This document shows positions 12,636-25,498 of a stretch of 64,000 bases of DNA, piece after piece (position 1 is the first letter of the stretch; the number at the start of each line of letters is the position of its first letter). Under the pieces are notes generated by a model. That model was not told the DNA's origin. It made no database searches and worked only from the letters and a program-made list of their open reading frames with translations. This stretch comes from Pseudogymnoascus verrucosus (taxonomy: Eukaryota), in NCBI GenBank assembly GCA_001662655.1, contig KV460212.1; one strand, given 5' to 3'. The position numbers and the translations under genes were made by a program.

Positions 12636-13413
12636 TTCGGTGGAATAGGTATAATATTTCGTGTATGTGTAACTCGTATGGTGGCCTTGTGAGCCAAGGG
12701 GTTGACGTATGGCCGTTAAATGAAGTGCGGATCTGTTCGAAAAGTGATTGTGAATGACCCACTTCGTGACGATTCACACTCAGTCGATAATCGTTCGTAC
12801 TTGACGGCCGACGATTCTACTCTCAAAGTATTAGTAAATGAGTAGATTATTAGGTATAACCAAGTGCTGAAAGAGGCTCGGTGTATTCCGAATGTTGGAA
12901 TAATGGAACGAGCTGGGATGCTCTGGCGGGGTAATAATGAGGGTCAATAGGTTCAAGCTAGAAGTTACTCACAGAAGGGGTCCCTATCTACTATAGAGCT
13001 ATAAATGAGTTCGAGCCGAGTCAGAGACAAAGAGTTTATATTGGTTCTATATCGCTGCTTTGTTATGTTATGCAGTGGTCTCAGTGAGCAACGTGAGGTT
13101 CCGAGTGCAGTTAAGGCTGAGGCTGATACATTTCGGGTCAGGCTGGCACGCACAGTCACGTGACCGACTGTTTTTGGAACGGCGTTCGCGTGTCGCTGTC
13201 GCCTTCCGGAGCTGTCCATCGCGAGGCAGCTGGAAGCTTGTCATCGCATTACAAACACGACAATACCTTGCACCATCACCATCACAACCTGACCACCTAC
13301 AACGTCACAAATACTGTGGTCAAGCTCTCTTTTTATAGAAGAGGGATAGTATAGGCATTTCATCAGCCTATTCAAACAATTCCTCCACAGCTGGGTAAAC
13401 TTGTAGCAACACT

Positions 13414-14982
13414 ATGGTTAGTTTGCCCCTTCGACCTCAAATCCAAAAGCTCAATCAACTAACTTTATTTCACTTCAGGGTAACCAGCAGTCTGGCCTTG
13501 GAGGCCCAGGCGGAGGCGGTGATGATAAGGACTCAAAGGACAAGAAGGTAAGCCATCTCGACCTCATCTCCAACTATTCCAAACGCTGACCTCAACCAGA
13601 AGGAGAAGCCAAAGTACGAGCCACCGCCACGTCCAACGACCCGCATTGGGCGCAAGAAGAAGAAGGCACAAGGACCCAACGCGTCTGCGAAGCTCCCACA
13701 AGTCTACCCGACGTCACGATGCAAATTACGATACCTGCGAATGCAGCGAATCCACGACCATCTGTTGCTCGAGGAGGAATATGTGGAGAACCAGGAACGC
13801 CTTCGCAGGGCAAAGACGGCAAAGGAGGGCGGTGCACCAGTCGCCAATGGCGACCCGGATGCCGAGGATCGTAATGCCGATGAGCGTGGCCGTGTCGATG
13901 ATATGAGAGGTAGCCCGATGGGAGTCGGAACTCTGGAGGAGATGATCGATGACGACCATGCCATTGTTTCCAGCACAACGGGCCCGGAATACTACGTCTC
14001 CATCATGTCGTTCGTCGACAAGGATCTGCTCGAGCCTGGGGCAAGCGTTCTGCTGCACCACAAGTCGGTGTCCATCGTTGGTGTTTTGACCGATGATGCT
14101 GATCCGCTTGTCACGGTCATGAAGCTGGACAAGGCACCAACGGAGTCTTACGCGGATATTGGTGGACTGGAGCAGCAAATCCAGGAAGTCAGAGAGTCCG
14201 TCGAGCTGCCTCTCATGCACCCCGAGCTTTACGAGGAGATGGGCATCAAGCCTCCGAAGGGTGTCATTCTCTACGGAGCACCCGGTACAGGAAAGACGCT
14301 TCTCGCCAAGGCCGTCGCCAACCAAACCAGCGCCACCTTCTTGCGCATTGTTGGCAGCGAGTTGATCCAGAAGTACTTGGGTGATGGACCACGTCTCGTT
14401 AGACAACTATTCCAGGTAAATACATCCACTCCACCCCACCCCCCCCACACACACATATACTGACCCCCTCCCCAGGTTGCCGCCGAGAACGCCCCCTCCA
14501 TCGTCTTCATCGATGAAATCGACGCCATCGGCACCAAGCGCTACGAATCCACCTCCGGCGGCGAGCGCGAAGTGCAACGCACGATGCTCGAACTCCTGAA
14601 CCAGCTCGACGGCTTCGACGACCGCGGCGACGTCAAGGTGATCATGGCGACCAACAAGATCGACACCCTTGACCCCGCACTCATCCGCCCCGGCCGCATC
14701 GACCGCAAGATCCTCTTCGAGAACCCGGATCAGCAGACCAAGCGCAAGATCTTCACGCTGCATACCAGCAAGATGAGCTTGAATGAGGATGTTGATCTGG
14801 AGGAATTTATCACGCAGAAGGATGATCTTTCGGGAGCGGATATTAAGGCGATTTGCTCGGAGGCGGGACTTATGGCGCTGAGGGAGCGTAGGATGAGGGT
14901 GCAGATGGCGGATTTTAGGGCCGCGAGGGAGAGGGTGTTGAAGACGAAGACGGAGGGCGAGCCGGAGGGGTTGTACTTGTAA
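13414..14982 (+). CDS. RPT2: 26S proteasome regulatory AAA ATPase subunit 4 (Rpt2); first coding exon is only ATG
   Basis: M|GNQQS start, Walker [27 protein letters not shown]-terminal PEGLYL. Confidence 0.96.
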
Positions 14983-15357
14983 GATGTGCCTGGCCGGAAT
15001 TGGGGGAGATGGTGAGGATGTACTTTAATCACTAGCTGAGAGAGAATGCAAGGTTGTTGCGTTCAGTATTATCTAGAGATGCGATCGTGTAGTCAGAACG
15101 TGATCATGCAAGGGGTATATTTATTCTACTGAGACTAGGAATGAAACATGTCAGTATCCCTCTCTAGCCAGGCACAGCGACGTAGACATGCAAGGGCCAA
15201 GTATCCGCACGGATTCAAACTGATTTGTATATATATTTACTGCCAGAATTAACAATACCAGCATTAACAATAACCATACTTTGATTAACAATTAACCTCC
15301 CCACCTCCTCCTCCTCTCCCACCACACACCACACCACACCACAATCACAACCAAAGC

Positions 15358-17994
15358 CTAAGCCAACACCGCCTTCAACGTCAACTTCCGACTCGAAGCT
15401 CCCACATACACCGTCTTCGGCGCATCACTAATAACCCAATCCTGCTTCCCCGCATCCCAGTTACTGATATCCCTCCTCGTCAACTTAAACCTCACAGCCT
15501 TGGAGCGGCCGCGGGGAATGGCGAGGTCGTTGAAGCCGCGCAGGACGACGGGGGGATCGTTGGGGCCGCCTAGGGAGACGTACTGGGGGTTTGTTAGCTG
15601 GTGTTCTCTAACACTGGTGGGAAAGGGTAGGGGAAAAGGGGGGAACTTACAAGTTGCACAACCTCCGTTCCGTCGAGCTTGCCGGTGTTGGTAATAGTAG
15701 CGCTGACTTCGTACATCTCATCCCATAACCCGCTGTTACCACCTGGTGCACCGCCGGCGGGGAGTTTGCGCTGCTTCGACCCGTCCTGGCTGCCCTTCGG
15801 CGCATCGCCGTTGCCGCCCTCGGAGTTGCCAGTCGTGGAGTCGAGATAGGGGTACACGTATGCCTTCACAGCCTTGAACCCCTTTGGCATCTTATTCGCA
15901 GATGGCGATTTATCCACCGTCCCAAACGTCTGCGCCGCGTTCGTCTTCCCGGTAGTAGGTTTGTACTCGTCGTCCTGGAGTTTGCGGACGCCGATGGCGG
16001 AGTACTCGAAAGTAGTATACGAAAGCCCAAATCCGAATTCATACGACGGCTCAATACCGGCTTTATCGAAGTGGCGGTAGTCGATGAAATTCCCCTCGGA
16101 GAAGGTCATCTGCGGCACCTTGGAGCTGTCGTTGTAGAGGATGTTAACGCCCCAGTCCTTCGCCTCTTTGCCCCAGGTGAACACGCTCTTGGCGGAGGGG
16201 TTGATCTCGCCGTAGAGCACGTCGGTGATTGCGTTTCCGCTTTCTTGGCCGGGGATTCCGGCCCAGAGGATGGCGGTGATGTTGGGGTGGTGCTTGTAGG
16301 CCTCGAGGAGCACGGGGCCGACGGTGTGCAGCACGACGATGGTGTTAGGGTTCACGGAGGCGACGGCGGCGATGACGGCGTCACCGTTCTGCCAGAGTGT
16401 GAGGTTATTGCGGTCTCCCTCGTTTTTGTCAACGGTGATGTAATCCTCTCCCGAATCGGCATTTGCGAAGACGAGAGCGACGCTCTTGCCAGCGGCTGCG
16501 GCGCGGATGGCGTTGAGGTCGTAGTTATTCGAGATATTGACGAAGGTGCTGCGATCTGTCTCGGCCTGGGCGCGGAGGGCGTCGACGGGGGCGATCAGGT
16601 AGGGGAAGTTTGCTGTTCCGCTACCCCATCCCATGGCGAGAGTTCCCTTGTCGCAGCCGCGGTCGTCGCAGGAATTGATGCCGGCTGGGTTGAGATGTGC
16701 GTCTTCACCGATGACTGCTACGCTCTTGGGATTGTTAAGGGGGAGGGCGCGCTTGGTGTTCTTGAGGAGAACGGTGGAGCGGGCGCCGATCTCGCGGATT
16801 ACGTGTTTGTGGTCGGATTGGACGTTGACGTGCTGGTTGACGACGCCGAAGTCCGCTTCACCCAGGGTGTGGAAGTAGCCGGTCGTGTTGCGAGTCCAGC
16901 TGGAGAAGTTTATGGGGATGCGGGACTTGTCGCGTCCGACCTTGTAGTAGGCGGACATGATGCGCACGGCCATGTCGTCGACGCGCCATTGGGGGACAGT
17001 GCCGTTCAGCACCGCCGCGGTGAGGTTGCCGCCCCAGTAGCTGTAGGTTCCCACGCCGAAGACCTGCTCACCGGGCATGGTCATGTCGAGCCCTGCAAGG
17101 GCACTGGCGACGCCGCTGTGCTGGGCGCCCCAGTCGGCCATGACAAAACCCTGGAAGTCCAGCTCGTTCTTGAGGAGGTGGTTGAGGAGGTAGCTGTTCT
17201 CGCAGGCGTAGCTGTCGTTCAGGCGGTTATACGAGCACATCACGGATCCCACGCCGGCCTTGACGGCGTCGGCGAAGGGCCACATGTACATCTCGTGCAT
17301 GGTCGCGTCGTCCATGTTGGAGCTCATCTGCTGGCGGTAGTGCTCCTGCTCGTTGCCGATGAAGTGCTTAGCGCAGGCGATGACGCCGGTGCCTTGGATG
17401 CCCTTAATCGTCTCGGCCATGGCGACGCCAGTGAGGACGGGGTCGGGGGCGAATCCTTCCCAGTTGCGGCCGCCTTCGGGAGAGCGGCCGAGAGGGCCGG
17501 CGACGGGACCGAGGATAACGTCGACGCCCTTGTCGCGGAATTCCTCACCCATAGCTTCACCGCGGGCTTTGAAGAGCTTCTTGGACCAGGTGGCGGCGGT
17601 GTTTACACCGGCGGGGAAGGCGGAGTTTTGGTCGCCTGGGGAGGTGTTAGGGAAATTCTCACTTTGTGGTTCTAGAGCTAGGCGCGGTCTACTCACTGAA
17701 TCTAATTCCCAATGGGGAATCTTGGAGGCAGAAACCATTGAATCCGAGGCGGGGGATGCCTCCGGTAGCTCCAACACAGAGGTCTTGCATCCATCCCGTG
17801 CCGGTGGTGATATTCACCTTCTCAAGCAGGGTGAGTCCGCTAACGAACTCAACAGCCTTCTTATACGCGTGGTCCCAACCCTGACCGCCGTGCATCCAGG
17901 GCGAGGGGTAGCTAGGAGGAGACAAGCCATCAGTCTGGGCACTGGCGCCGACCGCGAGGGCAGCGGCGCCGACAAGGACAGAATGGATGTGCAT
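15358..17994 (-). CDS. Secreted GH3 beta-glucosidase (3 exons)
   Basis: Signal peptide, SPPSYPSPW, CLQDSPLGIR, GRNWEGF, KHFIGNEQE, nucleophile motif MADWGA, ADSGE, PSYEFGFGLSYTTF, FnIII-like tail. Confidence 0.95.
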
Positions 17995-18476
17995 CTTTCA
18001 CACGATCAATCGAGCGTGTAAGAGGTGGAAAGGAGATTGTCGACGCTGAGAGGGAGTCTGCGACGTGCCTTCTTTCAGGTCGTCGGGAGGGGGGGCGTAT
18101 CAACGTCATATAGATATACAAAAAGTAGGAAATGCTCGTCGCCTAAAGGAACGTGGCAGTGAATACTGCAGTACTGTACCGTGAGGAGTGGATATTTTGA
18201 CTGACGATCAATCAGTATGCATGTCGGTAGGTCAATGGCCGGATGAGAAGGTTGGATGGGTAGATCGTTGTACCTGTACGTGTGGAGCAGTGGTGGGGTT
18301 TCTGTGGGTTTTGTGGTTGCTTCCCCCGTTCTCCCCCCCGTCTCCCCGTTCTCCCCGTCTCCCCCCCTTTTGAATTGCTGGTTTGGTGATTAACGTGGGG
18401 TAACTTGGGGGTGCACAGACGAGTAAACTTACATACAGTATAGTGTACATACTTTACCAGCCGCTTTTTGCTGGGA

Positions 18477-18497
18477 CGGCCGGTACACCGCACACCG
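18477..18497. promoter_or_regulatory. Overlapping CGG-N8-CCG and CGG-N11-CCG Zn2Cys6-type sites upstream of the beta-glucosidase
   Basis: cggccggtacaccgcacaccg contains CGG(18477)-N8-CCG and CGG(18481)-N11-CCG, about 490 bp upstream of the ATG. Confidence 0.4.
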
Positions 18498-19557
18498 AAT
18501 CAATTGCCATAGTACTGTGCTGTATGTGCGGATGGATGTTTTTACGCACAGTCCTATGCTGAACGCTGAGTTGTACTTCCTATTGCGGGCTTTGTGGGCT
18601 CCAAGCCGCTGTCGGTTGTCGGGGAGACACTGGTAGCTGGTAGCTGGTAGCTGAGCCCCTATATCCTCGTCGCCGCGTCGCCACTGCCGTCTCACAGCGC
18701 GTGCATACAGAACAGCACACGACACGACAGAGACAACGCGGCGAAAATGTCTTGCCAAGTCGTGACGAAAAGTGAGGGAACGGTAAATACACCAGGCACA
18801 GCCAACACAGCAAGACTGCACACACAGTCGGACCGACTCAGCAGAAAAAGGCGGAGAGTGCAATACGGCAATAGCTTCATCTCTCCGCGGCTGACATCTC
18901 ATCTGAAGTGTAACAGGGGATAGACAGCTAGCAAGGCCCAGCTCGAGCGGTGGCTTACACCCCAACGAACGTGCGGGCGAGCGAGCAACGTGTGAGTCGG
19001 TCCGTGATGTCTATATTTCGAGCTTCCCACAGCACGAGAATCTCTTGTCTTCGCAAGTACCGCAACCTCACCAGCTGACGAACCAGCGCACCTATCGGGA
19101 TCTCCAACGGCGAAACTCCAATCCTGCCAGTCCTGCACGGAAGTTGAAGGTCCTGTTGCTGATCGGAGATGCTGACTCCAATAGGGGGGAGAGAGACCAA
19201 TGACAGGTGCCGTGCGACGGGCATCTTTGCCGGGTACGGGTTAGCTGTGGCGTACCGGGTTATGGGGGTGTGGACGGTGCAGTAACACACTTTGAGCCAT
19301 GGCAGGGGTACTGTTAACCTTGTATGGGCGACTGCTGGACTGCTGGACTCCGTATGGCTAATATACTGTGCTGTACATGTACGTGGTACGATTGCTTGGC
19401 TGGGCCTATGTGCCGTTTATCGAAATGTGGGCGGGGTTTGCGGGGGGCGCCGCAGATTTGTTGTGTTTCTTTAGTGGTGGGGGCTGTGGTACTGTGTTGT
19501 ATGGGTACGAGACACCAAGACTCTTATTTTGGTGTCTTGTATGGGGTGTATATATGC

Positions 19558-19640
19558 CGTGTTGATATGTTGTGCTGACGTCGTGTTGATGCCCGTGTTG
19601 ATATCGTGTTGATGCCATGTTGATATGCTGTGTTAATATA
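19558..19640. repeat. Degenerate tandem repeat, about 7 copies of GTGTTGAT-like units
   Basis: gtgttgatatgttgtgctgacgtcgtgttgatgcccgtgttgatatcgtgttgatgccatgttgatatgctgtgttaat. Confidence 0.75.
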
Positions 19641-20212
19641 TGCCGTATACCCCGAGTATTCTCGTGGGAAGCACGGAGCTATTGCACGTGTGCTACCCGT
19701 GACTGACACCTAAACCCATCTCCCATCCCATCTCCCACCACCGCGGAATCCAGGCTTACGGTTAGCGTCAGTGCACTGTACTACAACAACTCCCGTACTG
19801 CAATAGGAAGTTCGCTCCTTCCCTCCCGGCGTCCCTCCCCCATCACCCGCGCCGCCTCTACTTCGGGCTTTTCCCGGCGTAGTTCCAATTCGACAGCAGC
19901 GCCCGCCACCTGCACCTACGCAAGCCCCACAGGCGCCATCGGCGACTTGGCCGGGCCACTACCAACAAGCTTGCTGCCAACCGAGGTTCCCCGGATACGC
20001 CACAACTGTAATTTGACCTGTAATTTGAATAACAAACCCTAGGCTGTACAATCTGTCATACAAACGCTCTTCTCTCAGCGGTGTGCTACTTTCACTTCTC
20101 ACACACAGCTAGCACAATCAAAATCCTGAGCCCCTACGCAGATCTACCTGCTCCGGAACTCCGCACACATACCCCGCTACTTCAACCAACCCCGCCATCA
20201 ACCTCCCCAACC

Positions 20213-22063
20213 ATGCCGCCAACCCCCTCAGCCGCCCTCCTCCGCCACTCCGTAACGGCCCTTCTACGTCGGAGTCCGCACCTATCTACTCTATCTCCCC
20301 ATGCTCTCCGCCTCCCGCGCGCTCTAACCTCACAATTCCACAGCTCACCTGCGCCCCGCCTCGCCGTCCCCGCTGCCAAAAAGGAAGTGCAACGTCCCAT
20401 CGTCGTGAACCTGCCTTCGGGCGAGGAGAAGGAGTTGTAAGTCCCACTCCCATTTTCCCACCTATGCCATTCAAATACGGCAATCCGCTGACCAGATTGC
20501 CGATACAAAGACCGACGAGATGGCTGAGGTGAGAGAGTGCCCCGCCAACCCAAAATTTTATAGTGGTCACGTGCTAGGTATTAATGCGATGTGTGTGATA
20601 GGGATCATTGCCATTGCAGCCAGTGCGTGAATCAGGATACGCTGCAGAGGTCGTTTGACTCGTTTACGGTGTGTGGTTATCTAATTCTTTGAAAATAGGA
20701 GTGGTGGTGCTGATATTTGGTATAGAATACGGATAAGACGCCTCAGAATGTTACGTCCAAGGAAGATGGGTTAGAAGTCATATGTTCGTCTTTTCCGTGA
20801 AGCGAAGAACCGAATTCGTGCTGTGCTAATAAACACCAGGGCAAGAAACCGGCCACAAAAGCTTCTTCCCATGGGAATGGCTAGTGACAAACATGAACAA
20901 GAAGCCCTCTGCGCCGAAATACTCCTTCTGGGGCGCGGAGATCGCGAAGAGTCCGCCGGCGGTGCATTATGATGAGGTTATGGCGAGTGATGCCGGGGTG
21001 GGGAAGTGGACGGCTAAGATTGTATGGGATTCCTATTGTGGCTGTTTGGATGTTGCTAATGGGGGATACAGCGCGAACACGGATTCTGCTTTGTGGATGG
21101 GTGTCCGGTTTCTCCTGAGAAGACGGAGGAGCTGTTGAATCGGATTGCGTTTATTAGGGAGACTCATTATGGTATATCCCCTCTCACTAAACCACCTTTC
21201 CACCTCTTCCCCCTTCCCTACCCCTTCCCCCTCCCTCTCCCCTTTTCCACCTACACGCAAACCCCCCTAGCAAACTCACCCTCTAACTCCCCCCAGGCGC
21301 CTTCTACGACTTCACCTCCGACTTAACCATGAAAGACACCGCCTACACCACCCTCGCCCTCCCCGCCCACACCGACACAACCTACTTCACCGACCCCTCC
21401 GGCCTGCAACTCTTCCACCTCCTCTCCCACGTCGGCCACGGCGGCGCCTCCCTCCTAGTTGACGGTTTCGCCTGCGCCGCCCAACTCCGCATTTCCCACC
21501 CAGAAGCGTACGACATCTTGTCCCGCGTCCCCGTTCCTTGGCACGCTAGCGGGAATGAGGGGGTTGTTATTACCCCGGCGACTTGGGTGCCGGTGTTGAC
21601 GCTGGATGAGGGGGGAGGGGTGAGGCAGTTGAGGTGGAACAATGATGACCGGGCGAGTATGCCGGTGGAGAATGGGGGGGTGGGGTATGAGGAGTGGTTT
21701 GAGGCGGCGAGGGTGTGGAATGGGATTATTACGGATAAGAAGAATGAGTATTGGGAGCAGCTTGTGCCGGGACGGCCTGTTAGTAAGTTTTATCCCTTTC
21801 GTTTTCTGTTGAGAAGGGACTTTGTTGCGGGGGGGAGGGAGAGGTTTGCTGACTGTTGTGTAGTTTTTGATAACTGGCGGGTTATGCATGCGCGCTCGGC
21901 GTTTGAGGGGAAGAGGAGGATGTGTGGTGGATACAGTGAGTTATCATTTACCCCTTTGACTGCGGTGGGAATACTGACCAGAGTAGTTAATCGCGACGAT
22001 TTCATCTCGCGGTACTGGAACACGAATTTCTCGCGCGAAGAGGTGTTGAAGCGGATTATCTAA
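20213..22063 (+). CDS. Trimethyllysine dioxygenase (carnitine biosynthesis; Fe/2OG TauD-like), multi-exon, mitochondrial-type presequence
   Basis: WLRDHCHCSQC Zn motif across exons, IAFIRETHYG, DTAYTTLALPAHTDTTYFTDPSGLQ, RWNNDDR, FDNWRVMHARSAFEGKRRMCGGY. Confidence 0.88.
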
Positions 22064-22317
22064 ATGAGATGGAATGTGCTCTTAGACGACACTACAACAC
22101 ACAGAAACAGCACATAGACGAGAGATCTAGATGTTTATATTTACACCACTATATACGTACGTAGACGCATATTACGATAAATGAAGATATTGATCTGATA
22201 TGGGTGCGACCCTTTCTATGTAATCTAGAAGAAATAACCGGTATAATACAGAATGGTATATATCTACACACCCCAATCATCCAACCCACCCTCTCTCTCC
22301 AATCCCCTCAAGTCAGC

Positions 22318-23148
22318 TCACCAAGCACCAAACCACACCGCCGCCACCGCCCCAACAGCAGCCAACCGCCCACTAACCCCGCTCCTCACCCCCTTTCCCT
22401 CCCCCGTCTGACTAGCCACCGCATCCACCACACTCGTCCCCGTCCCCACCACACTCGTCGTCGTTGCCCTCGTCGCCACCGGCGCAGTCGACGTCACATT
22501 CCTCGTCACAATCGGCGCACCACTCTGCATCGTCCACGTCCTCGCACACCCCGTCTCCTCTAGGCCGCCTCCATACTGCGCATTCAATTCCCCCATCAAC
22601 ACGCCCTCCCACCCCTCCGGAAACTTCTCCGCCCCCTCGCTAATCCGAAGAGGGACGAGTTGTCTATCATCGTGGCAGCCTAGTTGCGCTGTGGTTGTTA
22701 CTGCTTTCCCTCCTTTCGTCGATATAACATCCACGCAATGCGGGCCCCCCGTCTCCTCCGCACCGGATAAATCACAACTCCAAACCGTCGTAATTCCCTT
22801 CTCCCCCGTCATCTTCCCCCTCCACCCCCCATTCTGGGTATGCCACAACTGCGCGGGAAACACACTGAGATGGCGACACGCATCGTTATCATCGTTCTCA
22901 TCGGAGGGACAATCGATAGACCATTCGAAGACGCCGGATGTACCGGTCACAGCGGGCGCGGCGGAGAGGAGGGTCGCGTCGAGTACCGCGGGGGGAGTGG
23001 GGAGGTGGATGAATGCTGGGTAGAGGGGGAGAGTGGCGGCGGGGGCGGTGGTGTGGGTTCCGCTGCGGGCGTGGGCGGGGAGGGCGGCGGAGAGGAGGAG
23101 GAGGAGGGCGGTGGTTGTGGCGGGTAGGAAGTGGGCGGTTGGCGCCAT
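22318..23148 (-). CDS. Secreted, probably GPI-anchored Cys-containing cell-surface protein
   Basis: Signal peptide, Cys-containing core, Thr-rich linker, hydrophobic C-terminus (LAAVGAVAAVWFGAW). Confidence 0.7.
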   Translation of the reverse strand: MAPTAHFLPATTTALLLLLSAALPAHARSGTHTTAPAATLPLYPAFIHLPTPPAVLDATLLSAAPAVTGTSGVFEWSIDCPSDENDDNDACRHLSVFPAQLWHTQNGGWRGKMTGEKGITTVWSCDLSGAEETGGPHCVDVISTKGGKAVTTTAQLGCHDDRQLVPLRISEGAEKFPEGWEGVLMGELNAQYGGGLEETGCARTWTMQSGAPIVTRNVTSTAPVATRATTTSVVGTGTSVVDAVASQTGEGKGVRSGVSGRLAAVGAVAAVWFGAW

Positions 23149-24232
23149 GGTCGGGTGGTGCCGTGGTGGTGGAGGCGCGCGGGTATTGTGGTGGTGGTTT
23201 AATGCAAGGCCGTTATATGTGCATGCGTTAGAGGAAAACGGAGAACTTGGTAAATGGGGAGAGGGGATTTATATTATATTATACTATATTACATTACCTC
23301 CGCTATGGCCAATTTTTTTTTGAGGTGGTGAGATTGAATGGCAGGCATGTCATCCTTCGGGTGAGAAATTAGACTGTGCCCGCCTGTGCGGCGGTGGGGG
23401 TTGTGGCTATTTTTAAGTTTTAAGATGTTTCATGAGCGGTGGATGGGTGTTCTAGGGGGATAAGGTGAGATTAAAAGATTAATGGGATTATGGGGATTAT
23501 GCTATAGCGTGGTTGATGATGCCTGAGACGCGGGGGGTTTCGGTGGAAGGCTGGGGGGAGGGGGCGGTAGCCTTGTGAGAAGGGGAAGGTTGGGGTGCGG
23601 ATGTCACCGGATTTGATGGGGGGATGTGATAGGCTGGCATGGAAGGAGACGGTTGAATATTCGTGGGAGAATGGATATGGTATTGATGGGACTGGAATGA
23701 TGTTACTCATGCTAGGCTCTGTTGAAGACCTTGTGGGTAATTAAGGATGACAGAATGACAGGATGACAAGCGTGTCAAACAGAACAGTGACTGTGATCGA
23801 GTGCATCAATTATCGCTTAGTAAGCCAGCGAGCAAAGTCAGTTATGGAGCTGTTTATTACCTTCAGCGGGTCGATAACTGTTTGTTGATGTCAGTTCGAT
23901 GTCTCTTCGCTGTCATATAAGATCGTCGTGATACAAGCGGTTTTAGATAAGTATATTTAGAATCCTTCCTGAGGATCAACACCCGTTGCGTACCCGCCAA
24001 GAGAAGTCGCTCCTGGCTGTGCTGTCCTGCCCCGCACCAAGACAGATCCACGACCTACCAAAATCAGAATCCTACGAACAAAGGGTGTAACATGACGTAT
24101 CAGGCCGCGCAAGAGGAATATATAACTCTTTGAGAGTGCCGATTCTTGTTTTTTCAACCCTCAACGTGGACTGCTTTAAAGCGACTCTTTATCAGAAATT
24201 CACATCTCGCAGTACACGCGACACTTGCAAAC

Positions 24233-24853
24233 ATGACTTTAGCCACCACCCTTCTCTTTCCCGTCCGTGCCGCCCAGGGGGTGTTTGCGCTGATCGTCAT
24301 GGCTATGATGGCAGATGGTGAGTCTAGCATCTCATACAGTAATCCCCTGCAATGTGCTGACATCCCGTAGCCACCGTGAACTACTGGACCCCCCCAAACG
24401 AGGTGGGAGAGGTTCCACTCGTCCTATTCACCTCCGTGCTGGCCCTCTTCGTCGTCGCCTACCTAGTTATCGCCCCCATCTTTTTCCCCAAAGCCGCCCA
24501 CAAGTACGCTGTTCTCACCGTTGAGATTCTCACCATGCTTCTCTGGATCGGTAGCTTTGCTTCACTCGGGAGTTTCACTAGTAAATACTGCTACTACTCC
24601 CGCCACCAACGTCGAGAAAAGAAGTGCGACGAGTTCATCGCGGCTGTTGTCTTTGGAGCTTTTAGCTGGTGAGTTATATGCTTCACCCTGGATATCTGCG
24701 GTTTATGGACTTCTGGCTAACCTGGGGCATTTTTCTAGGGCACTTTTTGTTGGGACCACGACCATGGCGGCGTTGCACTGCTGGCGCACTCGTGGCGGCA
24801 ATAGCGAGCCTCCGCATGCTATGAAGCCACAGCAAGCCTATACTGGGGCCTAA
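24233..24853 (+). CDS. MARVEL-domain membrane protein (3 exons)
   Basis: Four TM segments; VRAAQGVFALIVMAM, VEILTMLLWIGSFASLG, AAVVFGAFSW|ALF. Confidence 0.75.
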
Positions 24854-25498
24854 AGCGTTGTTCAAGCGATGTGCCTGGGGAACGGAATAGCTGAGGAGAT
24901 TCGTCTCACTTCCTGTTTGCTTCTATCACTCGTAGACGCCGATATGTCGTTATGATACCTGCTCTAATGTCTTGCCGTATTGGGATGGAATGGATGGAGT
25001 TGTTACTTTTCACAATTAATTAATTAATAATAGTAATAATAATAGTATTAGGCTCGTGGTTATTAATTTCATACAAATTTTAACCAGCACAATCAAACAC
25101 CAGCTGGGTGGAGCGTACCATCTCCAAAAATGAACTTCAAACATGTGAAGATGCACAATATGCAAACAATGAGTGCACAGCAGCGGATGGAAGTGGGCGT
25201 GGAAAATGAGCGTGGAAAATGAGGCCAATTTCCTGGGAAATAAATGAGAGTTGAGAATCGGGATCGCGCTTACTAGGCATATTGAAACTGACGTCTCGTC
25301 ACTTACCCAATGTGGAATAATAGGACCTATATCCTAGCATGTTGATACAGGTTATTTACATGCTTACAAAGGAAGCACTATAATGGCATAAAGATGATTG
25401 ATAACAGTAGTATTATATTGTGATATTACAGGCTACCGACTTGGCGGAGAGATCCTCCTCCAAGGCCATAATAATACCAACTTTCCTTAACAACATCA

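Noticed and set aside
13414..13478. ATG-only first exon of Rpt2 and micro-exons of Rvs161
   Set aside because: Common architecture in conserved genes of filamentous fungi and not novel.
16071..17675. 534-aa plus-strand ORF and similar long antisense ORFs (7602-8318, 13726-14406, 62000-62830)
   Set aside because: They are shadows of GC3-biased real genes on the opposite strand and have no recognisable motifs.
19558..19640. CRISPR-like repeat array
   Set aside because: Eukaryotic DNA with 8-12-nt degenerate units and no unique spacers or cas genes.
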